Assembly: GCA_965261005.1 (NCBI GenBank) | Contig: OZ253375.1 | Span: 608,001 to 672,000 of the forward strand | DNA length: 64,000 nt | Source: Deinococcus sp. | GTDB lineage: Bacteria; Deinococcota; Deinococci; Deinococcales; Deinococcaceae | Direction of reading: 5' to 3' | Shown here: in pieces, positions 1 through 12,742 of the stretch | Layout of the letters: each line of letters opens with the position of its first letter | Position numbering within the stretch: position 1 is the first letter of the stretch | The notes under the pieces: generated by a model | Databases searched by the model: none | The model's input: the letters and a program-made list of their open reading frames with translations, nothing else | Told to the model about the DNA's origin: nothing | Position numbers and translations under genes: made by a program

Positions 1-2
1 TC

Positions 3-890
3 CCCCTCACGCACCGTCAGGTCCACGCCCCTGAGCGCGTGCCCGCGCCGAAGGTCACGCGCCTCCAACAGCGTATTGCCCGGCTCACGCCCTTCCCGTT
101 TAAAGGCCGTCTCGCCCCCGGCCAGCTGACCCGGCGCGCGGCCCAGCATCAGCGAGATCAAGTCCAGCTTGCTGACCTCTGACATGGCGCTCTCGGCCAC
201 GGTGCGGCCGTCGCGCATGACGGTCACGCGGTCGCACACGGCATACAGCTCGTCCAGGCGGTGCGACACGAACAGCACCGAGACGCCCTCGCCGCGCAGC
301 TGCCGGATCACGCCGAAGAGCGTCTCCACCTCGCGGTCGTCGAGGGAGGAGGTCGGCTCGTCCATGATGACCAGCTGACTTTTGACCGACACCGCCCGCG
401 CGATGGCGACCATTTGCTGCACCGCCACGCTCAGCCCGGCAAGCGGCTGGGTCACGTCGAGGTGAATGCCAAAGCGCGACAGCAGCTCGCGCGCCCCGGC
501 GTGCATGGCGCGCCAATCCAGGAAAGGGCCGCGCCGCCTTTCGCGGCCCATGAAGATGTTCTCGGTGACCGAGCGGTAGCCGATCAGGTTCACCTCCTGA
601 TAGATGGTGCTGATGCCGCCCGCCTGCGCGGCCTGCGGCGACGCGAACGCCACCTCACGCCCACCAAAGGTGACGCTGCCGCCGTCCCTCTTGTAGGCGC
701 CGGTCAGAATTTTGATCAGGGTACTCTTGCCGGCCCCGTTCTGGCCGATCAGGGCGTGAACCTCGCCGCTTTCCACGCGCAGCGAGGCGCCCTCCAGGGC
801 CAGCACGCCGGGAAAGCGCTTGATGACGTTCTGCATGTGCAGCAGCGGGGGCGGGTCGGTGGGTAAGGCTGGGCCAGGTACGGTCTGCAC
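3..890 (-). CDS. Sugar ABC transporter ATP-binding protein (RbsA/MglA/YtfR-like), partial, runs off the window's left edge
   Basis: Manual translation from GTG 890 (SD GGAGG upstream) gives LLHMQNVIKRFPGVLAL...GQNGAGKSTLIKI (Walker A) and VIMDEPTSSLD (Walker B); lies directly downstream of a sugar-binding protein gene. Confidence 0.9.
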   Translation of the reverse strand, partial: MQTVPGPALPTDPPPLLHMQNVIKRFPGVLALEGASLRVESGEVHALIGQNGAGKSTLIKILTGAYKRDGGSVTFGGREVAFASPQAAQAGGISTIYQEVNLIGYRSVTENIFMGRERRRGPFLDWRAMHAGARELLSRFGIHLDVTQPLAGLSVAVQQMVAIARAVSVKSQLVIMDEPTSSLDDREVETLFGVIRQLRGEGVSVLFVSHRLDELYAVCDRVTVMRDGRTVAESAMSEVSKLDLISLMLGRAPGQLAGGETAFKREGREPGNTLLEARDLRRGHALRGVDLTVREG

Positions 891-995
891 GTCGCCTCCA
901 AGAACAAGAGCGAGGAACAAGAGCGGGCGAACGCTCAACCACCGAACGTTCACCGCCGAGAAGCAAAACCCTCAACTGCTGCCCAAATCTGTTCA

Positions 996-1035
996 CCCCT
1001 CTCCCCTTGCGGGAGAGGGGCCGGGGGTGAGGGGG
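996..1035. repeat. GC-rich REP-like palindromic element
   Basis: CCCCTCTCCCCTTGCGGGAGAGGGGCCGGGGGTGAGGGGG: a hairpin plus a G-rich tail in an intergenic region; same architecture as 51186-51230. Confidence 0.65.
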
Positions 1036-1089
1036 CGGTCAGCAATCTGGAACGCCTCATTCTTCACTTGACGCCGTACTCAGTCCTGC

Positions 1090-2058
1090 TCAGTACGACT
1101 TAGAAAGGTTCTGCTTGGCGTTGGCCCCGTCGTAGAAGTTGTCCTCGATCTTGACCCAGTCGCCGATCTTCTTGCCGGCGGCGTAGTCCTGAAGCGTCTT
1201 GAGGGCGACGGGGCCGAAGCGCGGGTTGGACTCCACCGTGGCGCCCAGCTTGCCGTCGATAATGGCCTGCACGCCGTCCTTTTCGCCGTCGATGGACACC
1301 ACCGTGATGTTCTGGCCGGGCTTCTTGCCGGCCGCATCCAGCGCCGCGATGGCGCCCAAGGCCATCTCGTCGTTGTGGGCGTAGACCGCCGTTGCCTCGG
1401 GGTGGGCTTGCAGCAGGGTCTCCATCACTTGGCGGCCCTTGTCGCGCGCAAAGTCGCCGGACTGCGAGGCCACGATCTTCATGCCCGGGTACTTCTTGAT
1501 CTCGTTGTCAAAGCCGGTCTTGCGGTCGTTGGCCGGGCTGGAGCCGGTGGTGCCCTCCAACTCGATGATGGTCGCCTTGCCATTGGTCTTTTTGGCCAGC
1601 CAGTCGGCGGCGCGCTGGCCCTGCTTGATGAAGTCCGACCCTAAAAAGGTGACGTAGTCCTGCCCGGCCTTGGCGAGGCTGGGGTCCACGCTGCGGTCCA
1701 CCAGGAAGACCGGGATGCCGGCGGCGTTGGCCTGCTTGACCACGGCGGCCAGCGGCTTTTCCTCACGCGGGGCCAGGAAGATGGCGTCCACCTTTTGCGC
1801 GATCATGGACTGCACGTCGCTGACCTGCTTGGCGGCCGAGCCGGCGGCGTCGGTGTAGACGAGTTGGTAGCCGAGCTTTTTGGCCTCGTCGCGAAAGCTC
1901 TTGGTCTCGGCGAGGCGCCAAGGGTTGTTGCTCTCGGTTTGGGCGAAGCCGATCTTGTAGGTCTTCTTTTCCGGCAGCTTGGCCAGTCCCTGGGCGTAGG
2001 CAACCACGGGGGCGACGGCGGCGGCCACCGCCAGCGAGACGATCAGCGCTTTCTTCAT
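1090..2058 (-). CDS. Sugar ABC transporter substrate-binding protein (YtfQ-like, galactofuranose/arabinose type)
   Basis: Signal peptide; IGFAQTESNNPWRLAET, DRK, HNDEMALGA and IDG motifs of periplasmic sugar-binding proteins. Confidence 0.9.
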   Translation of the reverse strand: MKKALIVSLAVAAAVAPVVAYAQGLAKLPEKKTYKIGFAQTESNNPWRLAETKSFRDEAKKLGYQLVYTDAAGSAAKQVSDVQSMIAQKVDAIFLAPREEKPLAAVVKQANAAGIPVFLVDRSVDPSLAKAGQDYVTFLGSDFIKQGQRAADWLAKKTNGKATIIELEGTTGSSPANDRKTGFDNEIKKYPGMKIVASQSGDFARDKGRQVMETLLQAHPEATAVYAHNDEMALGAIAALDAAGKKPGQNITVVSIDGEKDGVQAIIDGKLGATVESNPRFGPVALKTLQDYAAGKKIGDWVKIEDNFYDGANAKQNLSKSY

Positions 2059-2213
2059 GTGTTCCCTTTCTCGCGCACGGACTCAGAAAGCCGCGAGCGG
2101 GCGCCAAGTCAATACGGCCTGACGCGTTTGAAACCAAGCTCAACCTTCGATTTTTGCGTTTGTTACGTTTTCAACTGTAGTGGGACCCCGCCGCGAACGC
2201 AATGCGTCAGCAT

Positions 2214-3740
2214 TTACGATTTCTTCATAAATGCGTGCGCCGGCACGCCCTCCGCCGCCTCGTCGAGCAGGTTGAAACGGCCGCGCGCGAAGCGGGTGGG
2301 CGCCGTGCCCAGGGTATCCGTCAGGCTCAGGGGCTTGTCCGGCGCGCTCAACGTCAAGGCCGCGCGCAGTTCGGTCAGCTCGCCCGCACCCAGGCCGCGC
2401 AGCGGGTCGCTGCTGGCGCGCACGCCGCCAATCACGTCCAGCAGGCCGCCGAGGGCGCCGCGCTCGGCGCCGGACAGCAGGCTACCCTCGCGCCGGGCGA
2501 TCACCACGTCGGGGTCGGGGCTGTACCAATACTGTTGATACCAGCGGCTGAGGCTGGTGTGGATAGCGTTGCGCGCACTTGGTCCGGTCGCGTCGCCCAA
2601 CCACACGCGGCGCGCGCCCTCGTCCCAGTAAGGGGCCACGTCCGGGCCGACGCGCATGGCGTCCAGCAAGCCCACGCTTTGCGCCAGGGGCGCCCCGCAA
2701 CCCAGCAAAAAGGCGTTTCCCGCGCCGCGCCGCAAAGCTTGCAGGCCCAAGCGGTACGCCTGGGCGCGGCCCACACCTCCTTGGCGCACCCCCGGCATGG
2801 CCCCCCCAAACAAAAAGTCCAGCTTGAGGTAGTCGTAGCCCCAGGACGTGACCTCGCGCGCCAGTTCGGAAAGCCAGCCCTGCACGTCCGCGCGCGTCGT
2901 GTCAAGGCCGTAATAAGGGCCGCCCCAGTTGTCGCCGCAGTTGACGGGTTCGCCCGACCCATCGCGCAAAAACCACTCGGGATGGTCCCGAAACAGCTGG
3001 CTGCCCCCGCGCGCCACGAAGGGGGCCAGCCAAAGGCCGGCCCGGTAGCCCAGCGCCCTCAGCTCCCCCGGCACGTCGCGGGCGTGGCCCCCAAAGCCCG
3101 GCCTCGCCAGCGTCCAGTCGCCGAGGTCAGCCTGAAAGCCGTCGTCGAGCTGAAACACGTCAAAGGGGAGGTCCAGCTCGCGCGCCGCGCGGGCCTCGTC
3201 CAGAAAGGCTGAGTAGGTGACGCCCCGGTAGTACGAGTACCACGAGCACCACACCCGCAGGGGGGCGGGTTGCAGGGCGTTCATGTGTTGCCCCAGGGCG
3301 GCGGCCAGTTCCTCGATCAGCTGGATGACGTTCTCGCCGTAGGCCAGGCGCACTCTTCCCGGCTCGCCCTCGCAGGCGTACAGCAGGTCCACGTGGTCTC
3401 CCCCGTCGCGCGCTTCCCAACGGGCAAACCCCTGAGAGGCGTCCAGCGCACAGCCGACCCAGCCGGAACCGTCCTCGGCGATGAGGGCGATCAGGGTGTG
3501 GCTGCGCCAGACACCGGCCTCACCACCTTGGTCCGAAGCGGGCGGCCAAGCGACGTCGTGCCCTTGGCGGATCAGCACGTCGAGGGTCGGGCGGGCCTGC
3601 ACATCTGATAAGGGCCGCAGCTCGGCCTCGCTCCAGGATTGGTAGCCGCTGACCAGAACGCGGGCGTTCTGAAGGGGGACGCGCCAGCGGCGCTCGCGGT
3701 CGGTGAAGGTCTGGTCGGGCAGAAGGTCGCTCACGTTCAC
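2214..3740 (-). CDS. Alpha-galactosidase, GH36-type
   Basis: [23 protein letters not shown] and MRVGPDV motifs. Confidence 0.88.
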   Translation of the reverse strand: MNVSDLLPDQTFTDRERRWRVPLQNARVLVSGYQSWSEAELRPLSDVQARPTLDVLIRQGHDVAWPPASDQGGEAGVWRSHTLIALIAEDGSGWVGCALDASQGFARWEARDGGDHVDLLYACEGEPGRVRLAYGENVIQLIEELAAALGQHMNALQPAPLRVWCSWYSYYRGVTYSAFLDEARAARELDLPFDVFQLDDGFQADLGDWTLARPGFGGHARDVPGELRALGYRAGLWLAPFVARGGSQLFRDHPEWFLRDGSGEPVNCGDNWGGPYYGLDTTRADVQGWLSELAREVTSWGYDYLKLDFLFGGAMPGVRQGGVGRAQAYRLGLQALRRGAGNAFLLGCGAPLAQSVGLLDAMRVGPDVAPYWDEGARRVWLGDATGPSARNAIHTSLSRWYQQYWYSPDPDVVIARREGSLLSGAERGALGGLLDVIGGVRASSDPLRGLGAGELTELRAALTLSAPDKPLSLTDTLGTAPTRFARGRFNLLDEAAEGVPAHAFMKKS

Positions 3741-3771
3741 AGGCTATTCCTTTCCCTTCGCAAATTTTTCT

Positions 3772-5685
3772 TCACAACATGCCCCACGACACGCCCGGCA
3801 GCGTGCGGCCGTTCCAGGTCGCCTCCCCCGCGTTCCAGTTTTGCAGCAGGCTCTTATCTCCCCGCCGCGACAGGCGCACCCCCTCCGGCAACGCTTCTGG
3901 ATTCAGGCCGGCCTCGCCGGAAAGGCGCAGCAGCAGCTCCCAGATCAGGCCAGAACTGTGCGCCCCGACTGTCACGACGTTTCCCCGACGCACGGCGGCG
4001 GCCCGGCCCGTCAGCGGCCCGTCCTCATAGGCGACCAGCACCCCGGCGCCGGGTAAGGGTTCGTAGCCCTCGGCCCAGCTCTCGGTGAGGTGGCCGCCCG
4101 CGCGCACGGTCAAACCGGGGCACAGCGACTCGAAGTTGAGCAGGCGCGCCCCAAAGAACTCTTTAAAGTCCCCGAACTGCCCGTTCTCGTGCGTCCGGCC
4201 CGAGACCGTACGGTAAGCCGTGCGCGGGCCGAAGACAAACAAACTATTCTCCGCGTCCCCCCTCAATTTCTCCAGCCGCTTTTCCGGCAGCAGGGTCAGG
4301 GCCGGGGCGACCACCAAGGCGTACCCGCTCAAGTCGGCGTCCGGGTGCAGGATGTCCACGTCCAGGCCCAGCGAGCGCAGCGCGGTGTAGTAGGCGAAGG
4401 TCTGCGCCCAGTAGCTCGGGCCGCCGTGGCGCTGCGCGTCCAGCATCCACAGGCTCTCGTAGTCGTGCAGCAGCGCGACCCCTGCGGGCACCTCGCCCAG
4501 CGCCATCTCCGAGAGACCCAGCGTCTCCACCTCGGCGAAGCCCCGGTCGGGGGTCTCGTCGTGGCGCAGCAGGCCCGAGTGCAGCGCCTCCTGCGCCATG
4601 GTGGCCGCGCGCCAGCGAAAGTAGCTCACCACGTCCGCCCCGTGCGCCCACGCCTGCGCCGTCCACAGCTGCACGGCACCTTCGGCGGGCAAGGGGTTGT
4701 AGGGCGCCCAATTGACGTTGCCACACTGCTGCTCCATTACCCAAAAGCCGCCCCGCTTGAGGCCCCGGTAGAGGTCGTGGTTGAAGCTGATCGCGTCGGG
4801 GTGCCCCGTGCGGGCGTAGCGGGTCCTGGTCGCCTCGTCCGCCCAGGTGCTCATGCTTTCGAGCATGCCGGTCGGGTAGTTGTCCCAACTCGGAAAGTCG
4901 AGCGGCGCCGCCACCCGGTAATGGTCGAAGTCGGCGAAGAAGATCATGAAGTTGTGTGTGATCCACCTTCCCGGCGACAATTCGCGCAGCAGGGCGACCT
5001 GCTCCCCTTGAAACTCGGCGATCATGTCGCTGGCGAAGCGGTAAAAGTCGAGGACGTGCGAGGGGTTCGGCTCGGTCACGGTCAGGTTGGGCGGCCGAAT
5101 CTGGTCCCAAGCGGTGTACGCCATGCTCCAGAAGACGTTGCCCCAAGCGGCGTTCAGGGCGTCCAGCGACCCGTACCTGCGCTCCAGCCAGCCCGGAAAG
5201 GTCGCCGCGCTGGCGCCGCCGTAGGAGCGCGCGGTGTCGTGGCAGCCGAACTCGTTGTCGGTCTGCCAGCCCACCACGCCGGGGTGCTGGCCGTAGCGTT
5301 CCGCCAGAACGCGGGTGATGCGCCGCGAGTGTTCGCGGTAGAGGGGCGAGGCGAAGTCGTAGTGGCGCCTGGAGCCGAACTCGCGCGCCCGGCCCCCCTC
5401 GTCGAAGGGGAGAATCTCGGGGTGTGCCCGGACCAGCCAGGCGGGCGGCGTCGCGGTGGGGGTACACAGGACCACGCCCAGCCCCTCGGCGGCGATCGCT
5501 TCTATGGCCGCGTCGAGCCAGGCCCACTCGTAGCGCCCCTCTTCCGGCTCCATCCGGCTCCAGGCGAACTCGCCGACGCGCACAAAAGAGAGTCCGAGCG
5601 CCTTTTGCTGCTGGGCATACTTGGTCCAGCGGTCCTGGGGCACGTGTTCGGGGTAATCGCAGACGGCCAGTTGCAGGGTGTTCAA
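3772..5685 (-). CDS. Beta-galactosidase, GH42
   Basis: [35 protein letters not shown] and FWVMEQQ motifs; TTG at 5685 chosen as start because SD GGAGG precedes it. Confidence 0.92.
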   Translation of the reverse strand: MNTLQLAVCDYPEHVPQDRWTKYAQQQKALGLSFVRVGEFAWSRMEPEEGRYEWAWLDAAIEAIAAEGLGVVLCTPTATPPAWLVRAHPEILPFDEGGRAREFGSRRHYDFASPLYREHSRRITRVLAERYGQHPGVVGWQTDNEFGCHDTARSYGGASAATFPGWLERRYGSLDALNAAWGNVFWSMAYTAWDQIRPPNLTVTEPNPSHVLDFYRFASDMIAEFQGEQVALLRELSPGRWITHNFMIFFADFDHYRVAAPLDFPSWDNYPTGMLESMSTWADEATRTRYARTGHPDAISFNHDLYRGLKRGGFWVMEQQCGNVNWAPYNPLPAEGAVQLWTAQAWAHGADVVSYFRWRAATMAQEALHSGLLRHDETPDRGFAEVETLGLSEMALGEVPAGVALLHDYESLWMLDAQRHGGPSYWAQTFAYYTALRSLGLDVDILHPDADLSGYALVVAPALTLLPEKRLEKLRGDAENSLFVFGPRTAYRTVSGRTHENGQFGDFKEFFGARLLNFESLCPGLTVRAGGHLTESWAEGYEPLPGAGVLVAYEDGPLTGRAAAVRRGNVVTVGAHSSGLIWELLLRLSGEAGLNPEALPEGVRLSRRGDKSLLQNWNAGEATWNGRTLPGVSWGML

Positions 5686-5704
5686 GGTGGACCTCCAAAG
5701 CATT

Positions 5705-5749
5705 GTAGGGGAGGGTTTAAAACCCTCCCCTTTTGAAACCCTCCCCTAC
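5705..5749. repeat. GTAG-type REP palindrome with a duplicated right arm
   Basis: GTAGGGGAGGGTTTAAAACCCTCCCC-TTTT-GAAACCCTCCCCTAC; near-identical copy at 33791-33819. Confidence 0.8.
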
Positions 5750-7272
5750 CGCACGTCGCTGCGGCGCAGGCTGTACGCCACGCCCAGCGCGATCAGGGCG
5801 ACCGGCAGGGTGATCAGACCCCACAAGGCGCCCCGCCCGAGGGCAAAGGCGCTGGCGCTCAGGCCGCCCTGAAAGACCAGGGTGAGGACGCTGTTCAAAA
5901 AGGGCGAGCTTTGCCGGCGGCGAAAGGCGTCGGCGCGGCGCACCGGCAGGGGTTGCCACAGCACCATCAAGGCGGTGCCCCCAGTCGCGAACAGCAGCAG
6001 GGGCAACAGCGGCGCGTGGGCCGTGCCCAGCGTTCCCCGCCAGGTCAACACCGCCAACGCCAGCAGGCCGAGCAACGTCGTCGGAATGACGGCGGCCAGC
6101 CACTTGTCGCGCCGCAAGGCCGCCGGGCTGCGCGGCGCCCCGATCAGCAGGTCAGGGGCGTCCTCGGCGTTGAGGGTCAGGTGGGCCAAGGCGCCAGATA
6201 AGCTGGCGCTCAGCAGCACCACGCCCGTCGCGCCCGCCGCGCGCAGCCCGCCCTGCCCCAGACCGCCGCCCACCGAAAACAGCAGCGGCAGCAGGTACAC
6301 CAGTTGCAGCAGCGTGCGCGACAGCAGCTCCGGGTCGCGCCAGATGAGGCGCCACTCCTTGAGCAGGGTGGCGCGCGTGCCGGAAGCGAAGCGCAGCCCC
6401 CCGCGTGCCGCCCTGACCGGAGCGCGGCCTTCAGCTGCGGCGAGTTCCTGGGCGCCGTAGGTGAACTGCCGGGTCAGCGCCCAGACCGACAGCGCGAAGA
6501 CCAGGATGCCCAGCGCCAGCAGCGCGGCCGTCGGCAGCGGCTCTAACCAAGCCGCCCGCGCCGGAAACCACAGGGGGCTGGCCGCGTCCGGCCAACCGCC
6601 CCGGCCCGGCGCAACCTGAGCAACGTACTCGAAAACCCCCGTGGGACGCCCGCTGAGGTTGCCCCATTGGGTCAGCAGGAAAAAGCCCGCCCCCAGCAGC
6701 GCCCCCACCACCGCCGAGACCGTGCGGGTGCGGCGCACGCCCAGGGCGCGGACCAGCCCGAGGGTGAGCCACAGCCCCGCGCTGGCCGCCAGCAGCGAGG
6801 CGCTCGCCCACCAGCCCAGCAAGCCCAAAGCGCGCCAAGCGCCCAGGACCAGCGCGAGCAACAGCAGCGGCACGATGATCAACGCCGAGGTCAGCGCCGC
6901 CGCAAAGGCCACTCCCAGCGCCCGCGAGGCCAACACCACCCCCGGCGACACGGGTGAGTGCAGCAACAGATCGAGGTCGCCCCTGGTGAACAGCCCCTCC
7001 AGCGCCGCGCGCACCGCCGCCGAGAGCATCAGCGTCAGCAAAAACGCTTGGGCCAGCAGCAGCGGCCCCAGCAGGGCGCTTGGCAGCGGGGCGCTCAGGG
7101 GCACCTTCGCCAGCAGCGGGCGCAGGGCAAAGAAGCCGGCCCCAACGGCGAACACAACCACGGCCAACACGATCCAAATACCGGCGCGCTGCCCCCCCGT
7201 GAGGGCGCGCCATTGCCAAGCCAATTGCTTGTTGAGAAGCCACGGGAGGCTGCCGGGCTGGGAGCCTGTCAA
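5746..7272 (-). CDS. Putative ABC exporter permease (multi-TM)
   Basis: Many hydrophobic helices; GDLDLLLHSPV and LLKEWRLIWRDP motifs; adjacent to an ABC ATPase. Confidence 0.8.
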   Translation of the reverse strand: MTGSQPGSLPWLLNKQLAWQWRALTGGQRAGIWIVLAVVVFAVGAGFFALRPLLAKVPLSAPLPSALLGPLLLAQAFLLTLMLSAAVRAALEGLFTRGDLDLLLHSPVSPGVVLASRALGVAFAAALTSALIIVPLLLLALVLGAWRALGLLGWWASASLLAASAGLWLTLGLVRALGVRRTRTVSAVVGALLGAGFFLLTQWGNLSGRPTGVFEYVAQVAPGRGGWPDAASPLWFPARAAWLEPLPTAALLALGILVFALSVWALTRQFTYGAQELAAAEGRAPVRAARGGLRFASGTRATLLKEWRLIWRDPELLSRTLLQLVYLLPLLFSVGGGLGQGGLRAAGATGVVLLSASLSGALAHLTLNAEDAPDLLIGAPRSPAALRRDKWLAAVIPTTLLGLLALAVLTWRGTLGTAHAPLLPLLLFATGGTALMVLWQPLPVRRADAFRRRQSSPFLNSVLTLVFQGGLSASAFALGRGALWGLITLPVALIALGVAYSLRRSDVR

Positions 7273-7288
7273 GCGAGCGCCCCCGCCT

Positions 7289-8065
7289 TCACAGGTTCGC
7301 GCCCGCCGGCAATTCTTCGGGCGGCGCGCTCAGGCCGGTCAGGGCCAGAAAGGCGTCCTCCAGCGTTCCCGTGCCGGTGCGCACCAGCAGCTCCCCCGGC
7401 GTGCCCTCCGCCACCAAACGGCCCGCCGCGATGATGCCGATGCGCTCGGCCATCCGCTCGGCGACCTCCAGGATGTGGGTGGTCAGCACGACCGCGCCGC
7501 CCCCCTCCACGTAGGCGCGCAGGGCGTCCTTGACTTGCCGGGCCGCCGCCGCGTCGAGGCCGGTCAGCGGCTCGTCCAGCAGCATCAGGCGCGGCGCGTG
7601 AATCAGCGCGCCGGCCAGCGCCAGCTTCTGCCTCATGCCGCGCGAAAAGCCCTCGATTCGCTCGGCGCGGTGGTCCCACAAATGCAGCCATCTCAGCAGC
7701 CGCTCGGCCTCGGGGGCGGCCCGCGTGGCGTCCACGCCCCACAGGCCCGCCACGAACTCCAGGTACTCGGGGGCGCTCAGCTTGCCGTACAGCAGCGGGT
7801 CGTCGGGCAGGTAGGCCAGCAGCTGCTTGGCGCTTTGCGGGGCGTCCTGCACGCCGTGGCCGTAGATCAGCGCCTCGCCGCCGTCCGGGCGGGTCAGGCC
7901 GGCGACCATGCGAATGGCGGTCGTCTTGCCCGCCCCGTTGGGGCCGAGCAGCGCGTACAGCTCCCCCGGCCGCACGCTCAGGCTCAGGCCGGCGACCGCC
8001 AGCCTGCCGCCGAAGCTCTTGCTCAGGTCGCGCAGTTCCAGGGCTGGAACATCTGGGTGGGTCAT
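7289..8065 (-). CDS. ABC transporter ATP-binding protein (ABC-2/CcmA-like)
   Basis: [27 protein letters not shown] and TTH motifs; start set at MTHPDV. Confidence 0.9.
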   Translation of the reverse strand: MTHPDVPALELRDLSKSFGGRLAVAGLSLSVRPGELYALLGPNGAGKTTAIRMVAGLTRPDGGEALIYGHGVQDAPQSAKQLLAYLPDDPLLYGKLSAPEYLEFVAGLWGVDATRAAPEAERLLRWLHLWDHRAERIEGFSRGMRQKLALAGALIHAPRLMLLDEPLTGLDAAAARQVKDALRAYVEGGGAVVLTTHILEVAERMAERIGIIAAGRLVAEGTPGELLVRTGTGTLEDAFLALTGLSAPPEELPAGANL

Positions 8066-8139
8066 GCCCCGGTATACGCCGCTGGGGGGTGGGGGGTTGC
8101 CGGGCGGGCCAAGCCTCTGTACATCCAAGCCTCTGTGCA

Positions 8140-8451
8140 TCAGAGCAGCGTTTCATACGGCCGCAATTCGGCCACGGTTTGAACCAGGCCGACACGCTCC
8201 AAGCCGCTCAGCCAGTCACGCGCCGTCATGGGCGGCCGGGTCAGCTTGGCCCTTCGCCGCCTCATCATGTTCAACACGGCCGATTGGTTCGTTTCGAGCA
8301 GTCGGAGAACGAACGCGTCAGGATGCTGCGCCTCGACACCGTAACCCGTGACCAGACAGTCGAGGACCGCCTCGTTCATCAATTGACGGGTACGCTGAAG
8401 CTGCTCCGGGCGAAGATCGGGCCGGTTCCGATGACCCCGCGCCCAGCTCAA
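8140..8451 (-). pseudogene. Remnant of a PIN-domain (VapC50-like) protein
   Basis: RNRPDL..QLQRTRQLMNEAV.DCLVTGY fused directly to GVEAQHPDAFV...RPPMT...LERVGL; the N-terminus and central catalytic segment appear absent (recognised from recalled family pattern). Confidence 0.6.
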
Positions 8452-9206
8452 ACCGCCGTGACCCTCAGCCCGGCCGCGCGCAACTCGCTCAGCTGCGCCT
8501 CCCCCGCCCCCTTGTCGGTGATCAGCCCGGTAACTTTGGACAAGGGCGCCACCGCCGCCGTAGACACCTGGCCCAGCTTGCGGTGGTCGGCCAGCACGTA
8601 CGTTTCGCGGGCGTGCTCGACCATGCTCCGCTTGATCTCGGCCTCCTCCAGATTCCGGTTGGTCACGCCCGCCGCCAAGTCCACGCCGTTGCAGCCGAGA
8701 AACAGCTTGTCGGCGTGCAGCGAGGAGAGCAGCAGCGCGCCAAAGGGGTTCACCAGCGAGTGTTGCAGCCGCCGCAGGGTGCCGCCCGTGACCACCACCG
8801 TCACACCGGGATGTTTTTCGAGTTCGGCGGCGACGTTGAGGCCCGCCGTGACCACCGTGAGGTGGCGCAGGCCGGCGGGCAGCGAGCGGGCGACCTCGGT
8901 GGCGGTGCTGCCCACGTCCAGAAAGACCGTGTCGCCCTCCCCGATCAGGGAGGCCGCGTATTCGCCGATGCGCCGCTTTTCCAGCGCCAGCTGCTTGCGC
9001 GTCTGCTCCAGCGGCAGCTCCGACCTTTGGGCGAAGGGCCGCACCGCGCCGCCGCGCGTGCGGTGAACCAACCCTTGGCGCTGGAGGGCGGCAAGGTCGC
9101 CGCGAATGGTCACCTTGGAGACGCCCAGCAGCTTGGCAAGCTCGTCCACGCTGACGCGCTCCAGCCGCTCCAATTCGGACAGAATGACCCGCAACCTGGC
9201 TTCGAT
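8448..9206 (-). CDS. DeoR/GlpR (AgaR-like) transcriptional regulator
   Basis: HTH VSKVTIRGDLAAL..RTRGGA and FLDVGST, LFLGCNGVD motifs; start uncertain (ATC 9206 or TTG 9194). Confidence 0.9.
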   Translation of the reverse strand: MEARLRVILSELERLERVSVDELAKLLGVSKVTIRGDLAALQRQGLVHRTRGGAVRPFAQRSELPLEQTRKQLALEKRRIGEYAASLIGEGDTVFLDVGSTATEVARSLPAGLRHLTVVTAGLNVAAELEKHPGVTVVVTGGTLRRLQHSLVNPFGALLLSSLHADKLFLGCNGVDLAAGVTNRNLEEAEIKRSMVEHARETYVLADHRKLGQVSTAAVAPLSKVTGLITDKGAGEAQLSELRAAGLRVTAV

Positions 9207-9220
9207 GGCTTCGTCACCTC

Positions 9221-9241
9221 CTTTCGCAACTTTCGCTTCAT
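9221..9241. promoter_or_regulatory. Putative DeoR/AgaR-type operator (CTTTCG direct repeats)
   Basis: CTTTCGCAA-CTTTCGCTTCAT directly upstream of the regulator's SD; CTTTC-type direct repeats are typical AgaR-family sites. Confidence 0.4.
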
Positions 9242-9254
9242 CTTAAGCTAGAGC

Positions 9255-9854
9255 GTGACCATTCCCAACCGAACCGAAGCCCTCAAGCTGCTCGGCGAGG
9301 CCGAAAGCATGAACCCCGGCCCCTGGGTCGCCCACTCCCTGAACGTCGCCCGCGCCGCCGAGGCGATTGCCGCGCACCATCCCCGTCTCGACCCGGGGCG
9401 CGCCTTCGTGCTGGGCGCGCTGCACGACATCGGGCGGCGCGGCGGCCCCAACCAAGACCGCCACATTCTCGACGGGCACGACTTTCTGCTGGCGCTCGGC
9501 TTTCCAGACGCCGCCCGCATCGCGCTCAGCCACTCCTTTCCGCTGCAAAACGTGGGCGAGCTGATGGCGTGGGACGGGAGTGAGGGGGAGTTGGCCCGCT
9601 TCGAGGGGCTGCTCGCCGCCGCCGTCTACAGCGAGGAGGACCGCCTGCTCCAGCTGTGCGACTCGCTTGCGCTGCCCCAGGGGTGCTGCGTGCTGGAACA
9701 GCGCTTCGTGGACGTGGCGCTGCGCTACGGCTTCACGCCGCTGACCCAGGACAAGTGGCGGGCGCGGCTGGCCCTCAAGGCCAAGTTCGACGCGGACGTG
9801 GGGCAGAGCGTCTACCGCCTGCTGCCGGGCCTTGTGGAGACGACGCTGGGCTAG
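9255..9854 (+). CDS. HD-domain metal-dependent phosphohydrolase
   Basis: HS...GALHDIGR and LCDSLA motifs; TAAGCT -10 box 5 nt before GTG. Confidence 0.85.
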   Translation: MTIPNRTEALKLLGEAESMNPGPWVAHSLNVARAAEAIAAHHPRLDPGRAFVLGALHDIGRRGGPNQDRHILDGHDFLLALGFPDAARIALSHSFPLQNVGELMAWDGSEGELARFEGLLAAAVYSEEDRLLQLCDSLALPQGCCVLEQRFVDVALRYGFTPLTQDKWRARLALKAKFDADVGQSVYRLLPGLVETTLG

Positions 9855-10056
9855 GTCAGCGCCCGGTAAGCCAGTTGGGCCAGCGGCCAGGCCACCGTAA
9901 AGAGCAGCAGCGCGGCGATCAGGACCGTGATCAGGCGGTCGAAGCGCTTGGCCGCCGCCGCGTAGTACGGGTTGCGCCGGCCCAGCCAAGACAAGATGGC
10001 GCGTGGCAGCGCCAAGAGCAGCAGCACCTCGGCGATCAGGAGGACCAGCAGCCTCG

Positions 10057-10060
<4 letters not shown>
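9851..10060 (-). CDS. Small two-TM membrane protein translationally coupled to valS
   Basis: GTGA start/stop overlap with the valS stop; 69 aa MTRLLVLLIAEVLLLLALP...WPLAQLAYRALT with two hydrophobic segments. Confidence 0.6.
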
Positions 10061-12714
<2,654 letters not shown>

Positions 12715-12742
12715 ACCTGCTCCTGAAGTCACAGTTTCGGGA

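Noticed and set aside
2163..2179. RDRM-like TTACGTTTTCAACTGTA upstream of the sugar-binding protein
   Set aside because: The right half deviates at two conserved positions and a sugar operon is an unlikely target; more likely promoter or sugar-regulator sequence.
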